Source of the DNA: Anthoceros angustus
Taxonomy: Eukaryota > Plantae > Anthocerotophyta
Direction of reading: 5' to 3'
Assembly: GCA_010909165.1 (NCBI GenBank)
Contig: MU008154.1
Location: 919,478 to 983,477 of the forward strand
Length of the DNA: 64,000 nucleotides
Below the pieces are notes generated by a model. That model had not been told where the DNA came from. It saw nothing but the letters and a program-made list of their open reading frames with translations, and searched no databases. Made by a program: the position numbers and the translations under genes. This document shows positions 12,001 through 26,395 of the stretch, piece by piece; positions within the stretch are counted from its first letter, which is position 1, and each line of letters starts with the position of its first letter.

Positions 12001-13218
12001 TGCCTTCTCCTCGTGTAATGGTAGGAGTGGCCTCGTGCGCAAGGCCCGTTTTACATTCTTCATCGTAATGGCGAGAAGCGCCTTTGACGCCCCGCTTTTT
12101 GCCTTCTTCTGAGAAGTGGTAGAAGTAATTTTTGATTTTGGGATTCTTTTGATAGACGTCGGGTATTGATTTTGCTTCCATTAATGCGTCATGGTGATGG
12201 ATTGTGGAATTTATCAATTCTTGTCCTTGCGCTTTGTAAGCGTAATCGATTATCATTCGGTGCACCACTTAAGACACTTGTACGTGATGCAAGTCTCGTT
12301 ATTGGAGGAGGATTCACGGCTTTTGCCTTGGGTAGCCTCGACATCATGATCATTGTGGTGTACATCTGCTTTACAAATATGAATAGTCATGTTAAGAAAA
12401 TCATAGACTTCAACTCATTCAATAATTTTGTATCGACTTATCTATCTATCCACATAATAAAGAAGGAGCATTAGAAAACTAAAACTATTATTGATAAAAA
12501 TTTTAATTCTTTTCCAAGGCTTTTGCTTGAGCAAGATACTCTATTCCAAGACTTTGTAGAAATTTGTAAGATAAATTCAAGTTCAATGTTTCATCATCAT
12601 AGGGAAGTTGAACGCCGACACCAATCGATTCCTTGTCGTGGAATTCAAAATAATGTATATCACACAATTCCTCTTCCAACTTCGAGGCTTGATCATTTGC
12701 CATCTTCAAGCCATTGTCATCTTCCATCTTTGAGCCACTATTATCTTGTATCTTCAAGCTATTATAATTTTCCATTGATCTTGGAAACACAATTATCTTC
12801 AAGGTTGTTCACTCTTTTGTGCATTTATAATCTCCGTAGTAGTTCTCAAAATGGGAGACTTGCTTTTAGGTTAAGTTAAGTGGTATTGCACAAATAATCA
12901 GTTTAAATTCTTTATCTCCTCTCCTTTGGCCAATAAAATGACTAATCAGCCAATTTTTTCTCAATAAAATTATAAATTGTTTGTAGCTTAAGTAACACCC
13001 TTTCTAGGGCAGCAATTCACAGTGAGACGTGGCAAAGATCACAAAGATAGGCATGCCTTCTCGCTACTCCCTAGACTCAAGATAAAGCTTCAAGCTAGCT
13101 CTCCACAATGCTCTAAGCAATGTCTCGAAAGCCTCTCAAGCTCTAAGGATTTGCCTTTTATATCCCGCAAGCTCCTCCCATCTAGGCAAATGCTAAATAC
13201 AATGTCGTGCCACTTAGA

Positions 13219-13640
13219 TAGCTACTAATAAGCTCCCCATTTGGATAGCTACTAACAAGTTAGCCCCATTTGGATAGCTATTAACAAGCTTGCCCCATTT
13301 GGGTAGCTATTAGCTCGCCCCATTTGGGTAGCTACAAACAAGCTCGCCCCATTTGAGTGGCTAATAACAAGCTCCCCATTTGAGTGGCTAATAACAAGCT
13401 CGCCCCATTTGAGTAGCTACAAACAAGCTCATTTGGGTAGCTAATAACAAGTTCGCCCCATTTGGGTAGCTACAAACAAGCTCGTCCCATTTGGGTAGCT
13501 AATAACAAGTTCGTCCCATTTGGGTAGCTACAAACAAGCTCGTCCCATTTGGGTAGCTAATAACAAGTTATTTGGGTAGCTACAAACAAGCTCGTCCCAT
13601 TTGGGTAGCTAATAAGCTCATTTGGGTAGCTACTAACAAG
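13219..13640. repeat. 29-bp minisatellite (unit 2)
   Basis: Same unit as 4883-5319. Confidence 0.95.
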
Positions 13641-16600
13641 GTCACCCAATCTATATCCAATCGCTATCTTTGGGATCTCATGCAACTTCGTTGCAATTAA
13701 GGTTAACATGCATGCAACCTCATCTCAACATGACTAACATGAATATAATAATATTTGAAGCGACTGAATATTCAAGCCTCTTTTGGTAGAATCGAGCCGC
13801 TTCCAAAAAATTGCACAATAACTAAATTACAATTTTAGGCAATTTTTACATGAGGCAATGGGTATTAGTTATCGAGATCTAGAATTTTCTAGGTAGCTAG
13901 CAATTTAAGATCCATTGCAATGTATACATTTGGTCCAAGTTCGCATAACTATGTAACGCGGACCAAGTTTGAACTAAGTACCTCCTGTTGGGCACTACTT
14001 GAATCGATCACTGGGTGAGACGACGAGAGCGGCCGTATGTCAACGTTTCTAGCTATTGGTTCGGTTTTGCGAACTTTATAACACACATCCATCCCTTGAT
14101 TAGTTCTTGCCCAAACTTCATATGCGTACCTGCTAAGAAACGTCAACCTTTACGGACCCCTAAAGCCTAAGCCTGTACCATCACGGTGATGATGACGTGC
14201 GTTGGCCGCGTGATATTTTCACAGCACCCCTTGAAAGTGATCCCCAAAGAACAAGGAACTTTTGCATGTACACATTAGGATGATTGATTAGTGGCAAAAG
14301 GGCTTTATGAACAAATGATTTGGAGGTTCGACATCCAAGGAGAGTTATCCTGATCGGGGACTATATATATGGAGGGCATTCATTTTCGTACTAGATTGTG
14401 GAACCAAACCAAGTGCCGCTCAACATATGTACTCGTCGAAAAGTACTACCACCAAAGCTATAAAACTTCTTGAAAGACGTACAACGTTGAAGAGCAAAAG
14501 CCTAACAAAACTAGTAGCTGTTGTACGGGCATTCATGAATCCTCATCTCTGCAAGGAGGAGCTCAAAAGGAAGAGGAAGTTGAGACAACACGCATCCATA
14601 GCGCAACGGGTGACGGGAGCGTCCACGAAAGGTGTACGTAACCTAACTCGAAAGTATCAGGCGAATCAATCCTCGCACATGTGGATGAAGCAACGAGTGC
14701 CGCAAGGGAAGCATTGTATCATGAGATGATGGCAAGTGGTGCCAAGATCAAAAAGCCAAAGAACTTCAAGCTCGTGTAGCGCGAGAGCAAGCTTAAGGCG
14801 AGGCGCCGAGCTGTGCGATACAACGTTTGTGAAAGTGGGGCCTGAAATAAGTGGAGTCTGCAACAGTGTAACGGTTTGGAGATCAGCAACCTGGACATAA
14901 ATGTCCAGAATGAGAGTACGCTTAGCAATAGCAAATTCGATCGCCAGTGAAAGACTGAGCATCGGGCCAAAGAATCGCCCCTGTCCCTAGGCATCCGTTG
15001 CTCTTCAACACTTGTTGGTGAAGACGGAGCCTCATCCTCAAAAGGAGTACCACCGGTCGTACTCGCTGAAAGCATCTTTCAGGGTCAGAGCCTCCAACAA
15101 TGTTTCAGGGTAGCCAATAAATCCAGGTGAAGGATCATTTCATCCCAGTCCGTTCACCAACGGCGCATCTAAGACACGTGCGCGTGCACAGAAGTTAAAT
15201 CCTGTGTCAGGATGCATGTAGTCCATCCTGCAAGCGGTATCAAATCTGAGCTCGGGGACTGTGAATGCAGCAATGTTACCTTGTCTCTGCTGCCCACAGG
15301 ACCTCTTTTGTTGCATTTGACTGTTGTGATGCCGGCCCACTCCAGCGCTGGTGCAGGAGGTCATGGTGCTTCCTGCGTGCAAACGCCTTGGAAGCGAATT
15401 AGTCGTGTCTCTGAGAGAAAATGATCTCGCCTGTCTGGAAGAGACTTGGCCGAGGCCAGCCAACAAGAGCAGCAGCCAGACGATGGGATAGGGGACCGTG
15501 TCCCGCTCAATGAGCCGTCCGTGACGTAGTTCTGTTGAAGCTGCAGGCTCTTGCAGCCCCTTCCACCCTTCAGCGGCTGGAAGTTCGCCCTGAACAGGAT
15601 GCTTCGGCTGCCGGTTTCCGAAGCTAGCCTGAGAACACGCAATGGTGGAATTGCTTGGAGCATCGTATGGGTGCTGCTGCCCCAGAGCTGGGAGCGCAAT
15701 TTCAGACTCGCGTGCCCACACCAGAAGCCTGTCCTGGGATACATCCTTTTAGCAAGTTGATGGCGCTGGGGACTGTGAGGGCCCTGCAACGTTACCTGTC
15801 TCTCCTGCCCACAGCACCTTCTCTGCTGCATTTGCCGGCCTTGCCCAGCCATCCAGCAGACCACCTGGAGTGGGAGATGCTGTTAGAGGAGCTCCGATTC
15901 CGAAGGCTGCTTCCTGATTCTCAGCTTGGGATTCTAAACTGCAGGAATGGAGATTTCTCAACAAAACAAGGAACACGTTGCGAGAACGACAAACCCTAAA
16001 CCCATGTCTGGCTCCTTGTATTCCCTTTGGCGGCCTGGTACCATCTTGTTGCTCACTGCCAGTTCGTTGGTTCACAACGGTAAATTTGACTAGCTTTGCT
16101 CTCCCTTCCAAATATCAGGTTGATGTCGAATGTGACTGGAGGATCATGACCCTGCTTCTGGAACCCGGAAAGTGTGTATACAATGCTGATGCTCCTGAGG
16201 AGGAACGGTCTGTGTTGAAGAAACGCGTCCCACAGGCATTCTCATGCATGTAAGAGTAAGGATAAGGTGGCTGTAACAGGCATCCACTACCAGTTTCAGT
16301 TACTTTGTCTCCTAATACAAATGGCTCGCCCGCTACATACAGATCGCAGATGGCATGTTGCTGCACAAGGGCATCACTAGTCTGGCTGCGAACCGGTTTG
16401 CAGAGAGGAGATCAAGCCCTGATCACCTGAGCTGCAGCCATATCCCTTGTCGATTTATTGCCTAATTCCCTTCCTCGATGCAGTTTGAAGCTCTGGTTCT
16501 GCGATTCAGAGCTGTACCCTCACCGAATCGTTCCTAGGAAAGTTCTCGAATTCTCTGCTTTGCAGCTGGCATGCATGTGCCAATGTGGTTCACCAACAGG

Positions 16601-16941
16601 ATTCCGACTAACCGCCGGTTAGTGCTGGTTAGCCGGACACTCACTTGCACTCATTTCCAGTTTTGCGAAAAGCCGTTGGCAATGGATCCTCACCCGGATA
16701 CTTCTTTTGATAAATTTCCATCTTATACCCAACATGTGCATAGTATATAATATAGTAGTTTATATCATTTTCATCATTTATCTTTACCTTGAATCTTAGT
16801 AGTGAACTTCACTTATTAGGGAAGATTGAAGTTGAAATCATATTCATCAATATTTATATTAATTATAATTTAATTTAATATTGATCTAAAAATTAAATGC
16901 TATATGTCATGGGCTGCAAGGCTTACCCGTGATGTCGAACA

Positions 16942-17319
16942 GCATGGCTTTCACATGAAAAAAAGGATTGGATGAGGCATTGCTTATATTGCAAAGTTCT
17001 TGTTGAAAATAATACGTCGATCAAGATGCATTGTATACTCGAATCAACAACAGAGGTATAAGAGCTAGTAAGAGATGTTTATATGCAAAGATATGACATT
17101 CTCAATATACTTACACAAGTTGAAGTTGGTGAATGGAAGTTAGCCGGATGATGCCACATCGTCATTATGGTTGAGCAAAATCGTCTATAGTCTTCCACCA
17201 ATCAAGCGAGAATCAATCTTCGCTTTGGGTATTCAAACTCCTTTTATGTTAAATTGCATGGTGCTTTATGGGAATGGTAATGTGCTAGTGGATGCAACTT
17301 TTGGGTTGAACAAGTACGG
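16942..17319 (+). pseudogene. MULE transposase fragment (unit 3 copy)
   Basis: Copy of 8621-9011; ORF 17171 contains FALGIQTPFMLNCMVLYGNGNVLVDATFGLNKYG. Confidence 0.72.
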
Positions 17320-20300
17320 ATCCCTAAAGCCTAAGCCCGTACCCTCACGGTGATGATGACGCGTTGGCCGCACGATATTTTTCACGACACCCCAAAAGTG
17401 ATCCCCAAAGAACAAGGAACTTTTGCGTACACATTAGGATGATTGATTAGTGGCAAAAAGGCTTTATGTCAAATGATTTGGAGGGTTCGACATCCAAGGA
17501 GAGTTCTCCGATCGGGGACTATATATATGGAGGCATTCATTGTCGTATTAGATTGTGGAACCAAACCAAGCGCCGTTCAACATACTGCCGAAAGAGTACT
17601 ACCACGAGTTATAGAACTTTCTTGAAAGACGTGCAACGTTGAAGAGCAAAAGCCTAACAAAACTAGTAGTACATCGGCACTCATGAATCCTCATCTCTCA
17701 AGGAGGAGCTCAAGAGGAAGAGGAAGTTGAGACAACACGCATCCATATCGCAACGTGTGACGGGAGTGTCCACGAAGGTTGCCCGAATCACGCAACCTAA
17801 CTCGAAAGTATCGTGAATCAACCTCGCACATGTGGATGAAGCGAGTGCCGCAAGGGAAACCTTGTATCATGAGATGATGGCAAGTGGTGCCAAGATCAAA
17901 ACCAAAGAACTTCAAGCACGTGCAAGACGGCGAGAATCGATTGTCCTCAAAGTTGACCTAAGCGGCTCATCTTGGTGAAAGAAAGCAAGTGCAACGAGGA
18001 GGACGAACTCAACAACACCCTCGTCGCTCCAAGACTACTACGGTGGGAGTAGTTGGTGCTATTAACCCTATCGCGACGAGTCCAAGGGCTCGAGGAGAAG
18101 TTGATGAAGAGGAAGGGAGAAGTCACGAAAACCAAAAGGCATTGCGGAAGCTAAGAAAAGAGGCCAAGGCCGAATGCGTCTGAGGAAGTAGAGTTGGTGG
18201 GTAGCTAGCAATTTAACATACATTGCAATGTATACATTTGGTGCAAGTTTACGCATAACTATGTAACGGACCAAGTTTGAACTAAGTACCTACATGTTGG
18301 GCAACTACTTGGGAGCGATGACTGGGTGAGATGTCGAGGCGGCCGTATGTCAATGTTCTTGGCTATGGGCTCGTCGACTTTATAACACGATCCGCCTTGA
18401 TTAGTTCTTGCCCAAATTGCATATGCATGCCTTCTAAGAAACGTCAACCCCACGGATCCCCTAAAGCCTAAGCCCGTACCCTCACGGTGATGATGACGCG
18501 TTGGCCGCACGATATTTTTCACGCACCTTGAAAGTGATCCCCAAAGAACAAGGAACTTTTGCACGTATACATTAGGATGATTGATTAGTGTCAAAAAGGC
18601 TTTATGAGCAAATGATTTGGAGGGTTCGACATCCAAGGAGAGTTCTCGATCGGGACTATATATATGGAGGGCATTCATTGTCGTATTAGATTGTGGAACC
18701 AAACCAAGTGCCGCTCAACATACTCGAAAGAGTACTACCACCAAAGCTATAGAACCTTCTTGAAAGACGGCAACGTTGAAGGGCAAAAAGCCCTTACCAA
18801 ACTAGTAGTTGTACGGCACTCATGAATCCTCATCTCCAAGGAGGAGCTCAAGAGGAAGAGCGAAGTTAAGATAACACACATCCATATCGCAACGCGTCGG
18901 GGAGCGCCCACGAAGGTTGCACGCCAAAGTTGTACGCAACCTAACTCGAAAGTATCAGGCGAATCAACCGTCGCACATGTGGATGAAGCGAGTGCCGCAA
19001 GGGAAGCACCGTATCATGAGTCACAAGTTAGCCCTAACATTTAGAGGTTTTAGAGGTGAACTCCTGCATGTGCAACTTTGTCAATTTTGGTGGAGCCTTA
19101 CAGTGGATCCCTAGATTGCTTCCAGTGGTACCCACACCCAAATTGCTTTGTATGATGTTTGGGCCCGTCGGTATGAACATGATCAAAATACACAACGGAC
19201 TTCTTAACCCTAAATTTTTCCTCCTCCTTTTGAAACCGGACATTCGGTTCTAGCAAGCATTGTCAATGGTTTGCAAGAAGTGAAAACCGAAACCTCGATT
19301 TTGGAGCCATGTCCTATTAGTGAAGGAGGTTTCATTCGAAATAAGGAGGTTTGGATATTCACCCCTTCAAACAATAGCAAGTTATTGTCCTCAATGATAG
19401 CAGAATAAGGGATCCACAATCTTTCTCCACTCCTAGTGAAAGGTCCACACAACGAAGCCACCAAGCTTACTTATAACACGATCCGCCTTGATTAGTTCTT
19501 GCCCAAATTGCATATGCATGCCTTCTAAGAACGTCAACCCCACGGATCCCCTAAAGCCTAAGCCCGCATCACGGTGATGATGACGTGCGTTGGCCGCACG
19601 ATATTTTTCACGCACCCTTAAAGTGATCCCCAAAGAACAAGGAACTTTTGCACGTACACATTAGGATGATTGATTAGTGTCAAAAAGGCTTTATGAGCAA
19701 ATGATTTGGAGGTTCGACATCCAAGGAGAGTTCTCGATCGGGACTATATATATGGAGGGCATTCATTGTTCGTACTAGATTGTGGAACCAAACCAAGTGC
19801 GCTCAACATACTCGTCGAAAGAGTACTACCACCAAAGCTATAGAACCTTCTTGAAAGACGGCAACGTTGAAGGGCAAAAAGCCCTTACCAAACTAGTAGT
19901 TGTACGGCACTCATGAATCCTCATCTCTCAAGGAGGAGCTCAAGAGGAAGAGCGAAGTTAAGATAACACACATCCATATCGCATAGCGTGTCGGGAGCGT
20001 CCACGAAGGTTGCGCTGAAAAGTTGTACGCAACCTAACTCGAAAGTATCAGCGAATCAACCGCACATGTGGATGAAGGAGCGAGTGCAAGGAAGCCTTGT
20101 ATCATGAGTCACAAGTTAGCCCTAACATTTAGAGGTTTTAGAGGTGAACTCCTGCATGTGCAACTTTGTCAATTTTGGTGGAGCCTTACAGGATCGATCC
20201 CTAGATTGCTTCCTCACCGTACCCACACCCAAATTGCTTTGTATGATGTTTGGGCCCGTTGTCGATGAACATGATCAAAATACACAACGGACTTCTTAAC

Positions 20301-21269
20301 CCTAAATTTTTCCTCCTCCTTTTGAAACCGGACATTCGGTTCTAGCAAGCATTGTCAATGGTTTGCAAGAAGTGAAAACCGAAACCTCGATTTTGGAGCC
20401 ATGTCCTATTAGTGAAGGAGGTTTCATTCGAAATAAGGAGGTTTGGATATTCACCCCTTCAAACAATAGCAAGTTATTGTCCTCAATGATAGCAAATAAG
20501 GGATCCACAATCTTTCTCCACTCCTAGTGAAAGGTCCACACAACGAAGCCACCAAGCTTACTTATAATTAGGTGTGGAGTCCTCAACTCATACGAGAGTC
20601 TCCTCGCTCAAAGCCCTCGTGCACTCCGCATACAAAACACCAAACCGAGCCTTGTCACCTAGGCTACTATCACACCCCTACGAACATCATATTGCCCAAG
20701 TGGTGACCAACTTCACTCATCCGGATCCGTGAACTTTTGTGTGCAGAGTGCACGAAGGGCTTGCTCAAGGTAGGAGGCGTGGTCATGGACCAACCCGAGT
20801 AGGGACATGGAGTATTCTCGCACGCTAAGGAGAGGTCGTGGTATCTAGTTGCTAGCGGAGGCTTGGACGGTGGACCCGAGGTTGAGAGATGCCTATACAA
20901 TCACCTACGTAGAATGAACTAACGATGTTCCTTGGGAAGACCCTTATGTCTAAGGGGTTCCCAAGGAACATCCACTAGCCTATGGTGGATGGACTGAGTT
21001 TGGTCATTTGGGTGACTTCACATTACAACTTCGGTGACAATTGCAACAATAATTATACATCTACACATCAAATTTACCGTATGTAGCAATTAGTGAAGTT
21101 TCTAGAGTGAATTATTTATTGAGAAAAGAAAAGACGGAAAAATTTTCTTTTTTCAAATTTCTTCCCTATATTACATGTGATTTGCGTCTTTAAAGTAATC
21201 TACGCTTTTAGCTTGTTCAAGAATAAGAGAATTTTGAGCTTCCTCTCAAGCGTTTTCTTATTTTGGACC

Positions 21270-21510
21270 CTTTGACGCCCCCCGGCCTTGTTCTATCAGT
21301 AATGGCGGTAGAAGTAGCCTGCAACAAGGCCCTTTTGCCTTCTTCTATTGCTCGGTAGAAGTAGGTCATGCATCAAGGCTTTTTGCCTTCTCCTCGTGTA
21401 ATGGCGTAGAAGTAGCCTGCAACAAGGCCCTTTTGCCTTCTCCTCGTGTAATGGCGGTAGAAGTAGCCTGCAACAAGGCCCTTTTGCCTTCTCCTCGTGT
21501 AATGGCGGTA
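21270..21510. repeat. 51-bp tandem repeat (aacaaggcccttttgccttctcctcgtgtaatggcggtagaagtagcctgc)
   Basis: Near-perfect 51-bp period at 21421/21472. Degenerate tracts of the same repeat occur at ~1005-1200, 2640-2830, 11885-12080, 22640-22820, 35590-35890, 45230-45420 and 52320-52500. Confidence 0.9.
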
Positions 21511-23965
21511 GAAGTGGTAGAAGTAATTTTTGATTTTGGGATTCTTTTGATAGACTCGGGTATTGATTTTGCTTCCATCACCGACCCACACCCAAATTGC
21601 TTTGTATGATGTTTGGGCCCGTTGTCGATGAACATGATCAAAATACACAACGGACTTCTTAACCCTAAATTTTTCCTCCTCCTTTTGAAACCGGACATTC
21701 GGTTCTAGCAAGCATTGTCAATGGTTTGCAAGAAGTGAAAACCGAAACCTCGATTTTGGAGCCATGTCCTATTAGTGAAGGAGGTTTCATTGAAATAAGG
21801 AGGTTTGGATATTCACCCCTTCAAACAATAGCAAGTTATTGTCCTCAATGATAGCTAACAAGGGATCCACAATCTTTCTCCACTCCTAGTGAAAGGTCCA
21901 CACAACGAAGCCACCAAGCTTACTTATAATTAGGTGTGGAGTCCTCAACTCATACGAGAGTCTCCTCAAAAGCCCTCGCACTCCGCATACAAAACACCAA
22001 ACCGAGCCTTGTCACCTAGGCTACTATCACACCCCTACGAACATCATATTGCCCAAGTGGTGACCAACTTCACTCATCCGGATCCGTGAACTTTTGTGTG
22101 CGAGTGCACGAAGGGCTTGCTCAAGGTAGGAGGCGTGGCTGGTCATGGACCAACTGAGTAGGGACATGGAGTATTCTCGCACGCTAAGGAGAGGTCGTGG
22201 TATCTAGTTGCTAGCGGAGGCTTGGACGTGTGGACCCGGAGGTTGGAGAGATGCCTATACAATCACCTACGTAGAATGAACTAACGATGTTCCTTGGGAA
22301 GACCCTTATGTCTAAGGGGTTCCCAAGGAACATCCACTAGCCTATGGTGGATGGACTGTGAGTTTGGTCATTTGGGTGACTTCACATTAAGCGACAACCG
22401 GTGACAATTGCAACAATAATTATACATCTACACATCAAATTTACCGTATGTAGCAATTAGTGAAGTTTCTAGAGTGAATTATTTATTGAGAAAAGAAAAG
22501 ACGGAAAAATTTTCTTTTTCAAATTTCTTCCCTATATTACATGTGATTTGCGTCTTTAAAGTAATCTACGCTTTTAGCTTGTTCAAGAATAAGAGAATTT
22601 TTGAGCTTCCTCTCAAGCGTTTTCTTATTTTGGACCCTTGACGCCTTTTGCCTTGTTCTCTGTAATGGTCAGAGAAGTAGCCTGCAACAAGGCCCTTTTG
22701 CCTTCTTCTATTGCCTGGTAGCTGTGCATCAAGGCTTTTGCCTTCTCCTCGTGTAATGGTCAGAGAAGTAGCCTGTGCAACAAGGCCCGTTTACATTCTT
22801 CTCTGTAATGGCGAGAAGCGCCTTTGCAATGACGCCTTTTCCGCCTTCTTCTGAGAAGTGGTAGAAGTAATTTTTGATTTTGGGATTCTTTTGATAGACG
22901 TCGGGTATTGATTTTGCTTCCATTAATGCGTCATGGTGATGGATTGTGGAATTTATCAATTCTTGTCCTGCGCTTTGTAAGCGTAATCATTATCATTCGG
23001 TGCACCACTTAAGACACTTGTCGTGATGCAAGTCTCGTTATTGGAGGAGGATTCACGGCTTTCGTCTTGGGTAGCCTCGACATCATGATCATTGTGGTGT
23101 ACATCTGCGTTTACAAATATTAATAGTCATGTTAAGAAAATCGTAGACTTCAACTCATTCAATAATTTTGTATCGACTTATCTATCTATCCACATAATAA
23201 AGAAGGAGCATTAGAAAAACTAAAACTATTATTGATAAAAATTTTAATTCTTTTTCCAAGGCTTTTGCTTCAGCAAGATACTCTATTCCAAGACTTTGTA
23301 GAAATTTGTAAGATAAATTCAAGTTCAATCTGTTTCATCATCATAGGGGAAGTTGAACGCACCCGACACCAATCGATTCCTTGTGCGTGGAATTCAAAAT
23401 AATGTATATCACACAATTCCTCTTCCAACTTGAGGCTTGATCATTTGCCATCTTCAAGCCATTGTCATCTTCCATCTTTGAGCCACTATTATCTTGTATC
23501 TTCAAGCTATTATAATTTTCCATTGATCTTGGAAACACAATTATCTTCAAGGTTGTTCACTCTTTTGTGCATTTATAATCTCGTAGTAGTTCTCAAAATG
23601 GGAGACTTGCTTTTAGGTTAAGTTAAGTGGTATTGCACAAATAATCAGTTTAAATTCTTTATCTCCCTCTCCTTTGGCCAATAAAATGACTAATCAGCCA
23701 ATTTTTTCTCAATAAAATTATAAAATTATTTGTAGCTTAAGTAACACCCTTTCTAGGGCAGCAATTCACAGTGAGGCGTGGCAAAGATCACAAAGATAGG
23801 CATGCCTTCTCGCTACTCCCTAGACTCAAGATAAAGCTTCAAGCTAGCTCTCCACAATGCTCTAAGCAATGTCTCGGAAAGCCTCTCAAGCTCTAAGGAT
23901 TTTGCTCTTTTATATCCAAGCTCCTCCCATCTAGGCATGCTAAATACAATGTCGTGCCACTTAGA

Positions 23966-26395
23966 TAGCTACTAATAAGCTCGCCCCATTTGGATAGCTA
24001 CTAACAAGTTACCATTTGGATAGCTATTAACAAGCTTGCCCCATTTGGGTAGCTATTAACAAGCTCCCCATTTGGGTAGCTACAAACAAGCTCCCCATTT
24101 GAGTGGCTAATAACAAGCTCGCCCCATTTGAGTGGCTAATAATAAGCTCGCCCTATTTGAGTAGCTACAAACAAGCTCGTCCCATTTGGGTAGCTAATAA
24201 CAAGTTCGACCCATTTGGGTAGCTACAAACAAGCTCGTCCCATTTGGGTAGCTAATAACAAGCTTCATTTGGATAGCTACAAACAAGCTCGTCCCATTTG
24301 GGTAGCTAATAACAAGCTCGCCCTATTTGGGTAGCTACTAACAAGGTCACCCAATCTATATCCAACTGCTATCTTTGGGATCTCATGCAACTTCTGTTGC
24401 AATTAAGGTTAACATGCATGCAACCTCATCTCAACATGACTAACATGAATATAATAATATTTGAAGCGACTGAATATTCAAGCCTCTTTTGGTAGAATCG
24501 AGGCCCAAAAAATTGCACAATAACTAAATTACAATTTTAGGCAATTTTTACATGAGGCAATGGGTATTAGTTATCGAGATCTAGAATTTTCTAGGTAGCT
24601 AGCAATTTAAGATCCATTGCAATGTATACATTTGGTCCAAGTTTGCATAACTATGTGGCGGACCGAGTTTGAACTAAACACCTCCACTACTTGGAATCGA
24701 TCGCACCGGGTGAGACGACGAGCGGCCGTATGTCAACGTTTCTAGCTATTGGTTCGGTTGTGCGAACTTTATAACACCCTTTCTAGGGCAGCAATTCAGT
24801 GAGCGTGGCAAAGATCACAAAGATAGGCATGCCTTTCGCTACTCCCTAGACTCAAGATAAAGCTTCAAGCTAGCTCTCCACAATGCTCTAAGCAATGTCT
24901 CGGAAAGCCTCTCAAGCTCTAAGGATTTTGCTCTTTTATATCCCGCAAGCTCCTCCCATCTAGGCATGCTAAATACAATGTCGTGCCACTTAGATAGCTA
25001 CTAATAAGCTCGCCCCATTTGGATAGCTACTAACAAGTTACCATTTGGATAGCTATTAACAAGCTTGCCCCATTTGGGTAGCTATTAACAAGCTCCCCAT
25101 TTGGGTAGCTACAAACAAGCTCCCCATTTGAGTGGCTAATAACAAGCTCGCCCCATTTGAGTGGCTAATAATAAGCTCGCCCTATTTGAGTAGCTACAAA
25201 CAAGCTCGTCCCATTTGGGTAGCTAATAACAAGTTCGACCCATTTGGGTAGCTACAAACAAGCTCGTCCCATTTGGGTAGCTAATAACAAGCTTCATTTG
25301 GATAGCTACAAACAAGCTCGTCCCATTTGGGTAGCTAATAACAAGCTCGCCCTATTTGGGTAGCTACTAACAAGGTCACCCAATCTATATCCAAGCTGCT
25401 ATCTTTGGGATCTCATGCAACTTCTGTTGCAATTAAGGTTAACATGCATGCAACCTCATCTCAACATGACTAACATGAATATAATAATATTTGAAGCGAC
25501 TGAATATTCAAGCCTCTTTTGGTAGAATCGGGCCAAAAAATTGCACAATAACTAAATTACAATTTTAGGCAATTTTTACATGAGGCAATGGGTATTAGTT
25601 ATCGAGATCTAGAATTTTCTAGGTAGCTAGCAATTTAAGATCCATTGCAATGTATACATTTGGTCCAAGTTTGCATAACTATGTAACGGCGGACCGAGTT
25701 TGAACTAAGCACCTCCACTACTTGGAATCGATCGCCACTGGGTGAGACGACGAGCGGCCGTATGTCAACGTTTCTAGCTATTGGTTGGTTTGTGCGAACT
25801 TTATAACACCCTTTCTAGGGCAGCAATTCAGTGAGCGTGGCAAAGATCACAAAGATAGGCATGCCTTTCGCTACTCCCTAGACTCAAGATAAAGCTTCAA
25901 GCTAGCTCTCCACAATGCTCTAAGCAATGTCTCGGAAAGCCTCTCAAGCTCTAAGGATTTGCTCTTTTATATCCCGCAAGCTCCTCCCATCTAGGCATGC
26001 TAAATACAATGTCGTGCCACTTAGATAGCTACTAATAAGCTCGCCCCATTTGGTAGCTACTAACAAGTTACATTTGGATAGCTATTAACAAGCTTGCCCC
26101 ATTTGGGTAGCTATTAACAAGCTCCCCATTTGGTAGCTACAAACAAGCTCCCCATTTGAGTGGCTAATAACAAGCTCGCCCCATTTGGGTAGCTAATAAG
26201 CTCGCCCTATTTGAGTAGCTACAAACAAGCTCGCCCCATTTGGGTAGCTAATAACAAGTTCGACCCATTTGGGTAGCTACAAACAAGCTCGTCCCATTTG
26301 GGTAGCTAATAACAAGTTACCATTTGGATAGCTACAAACAAGCTCGTCCCATTTGGGTAGCTAATAAGCTCGCCTATTTGGGTAGCTACTAACAA
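23966..26395. repeat. Three 29-bp minisatellite tracts (23966-24345, 24995-25374, 26026-26395) inside a 3x ~1.03 kb repeat
   Basis: Same unit; tracts are separated by repeated F/A1 sequence. Confidence 0.93.

Larger units (their letters stand above)
8585..16898. repeat. Array unit 2, the reference unit with no internal duplication (8314 bp)
   Basis: Junction to junction. Module order is MULE fragment-A2-C-A3-D-51bp repeats-E-F-29bp minisatellite-A1-B-AT spacer. Confidence 0.93.
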
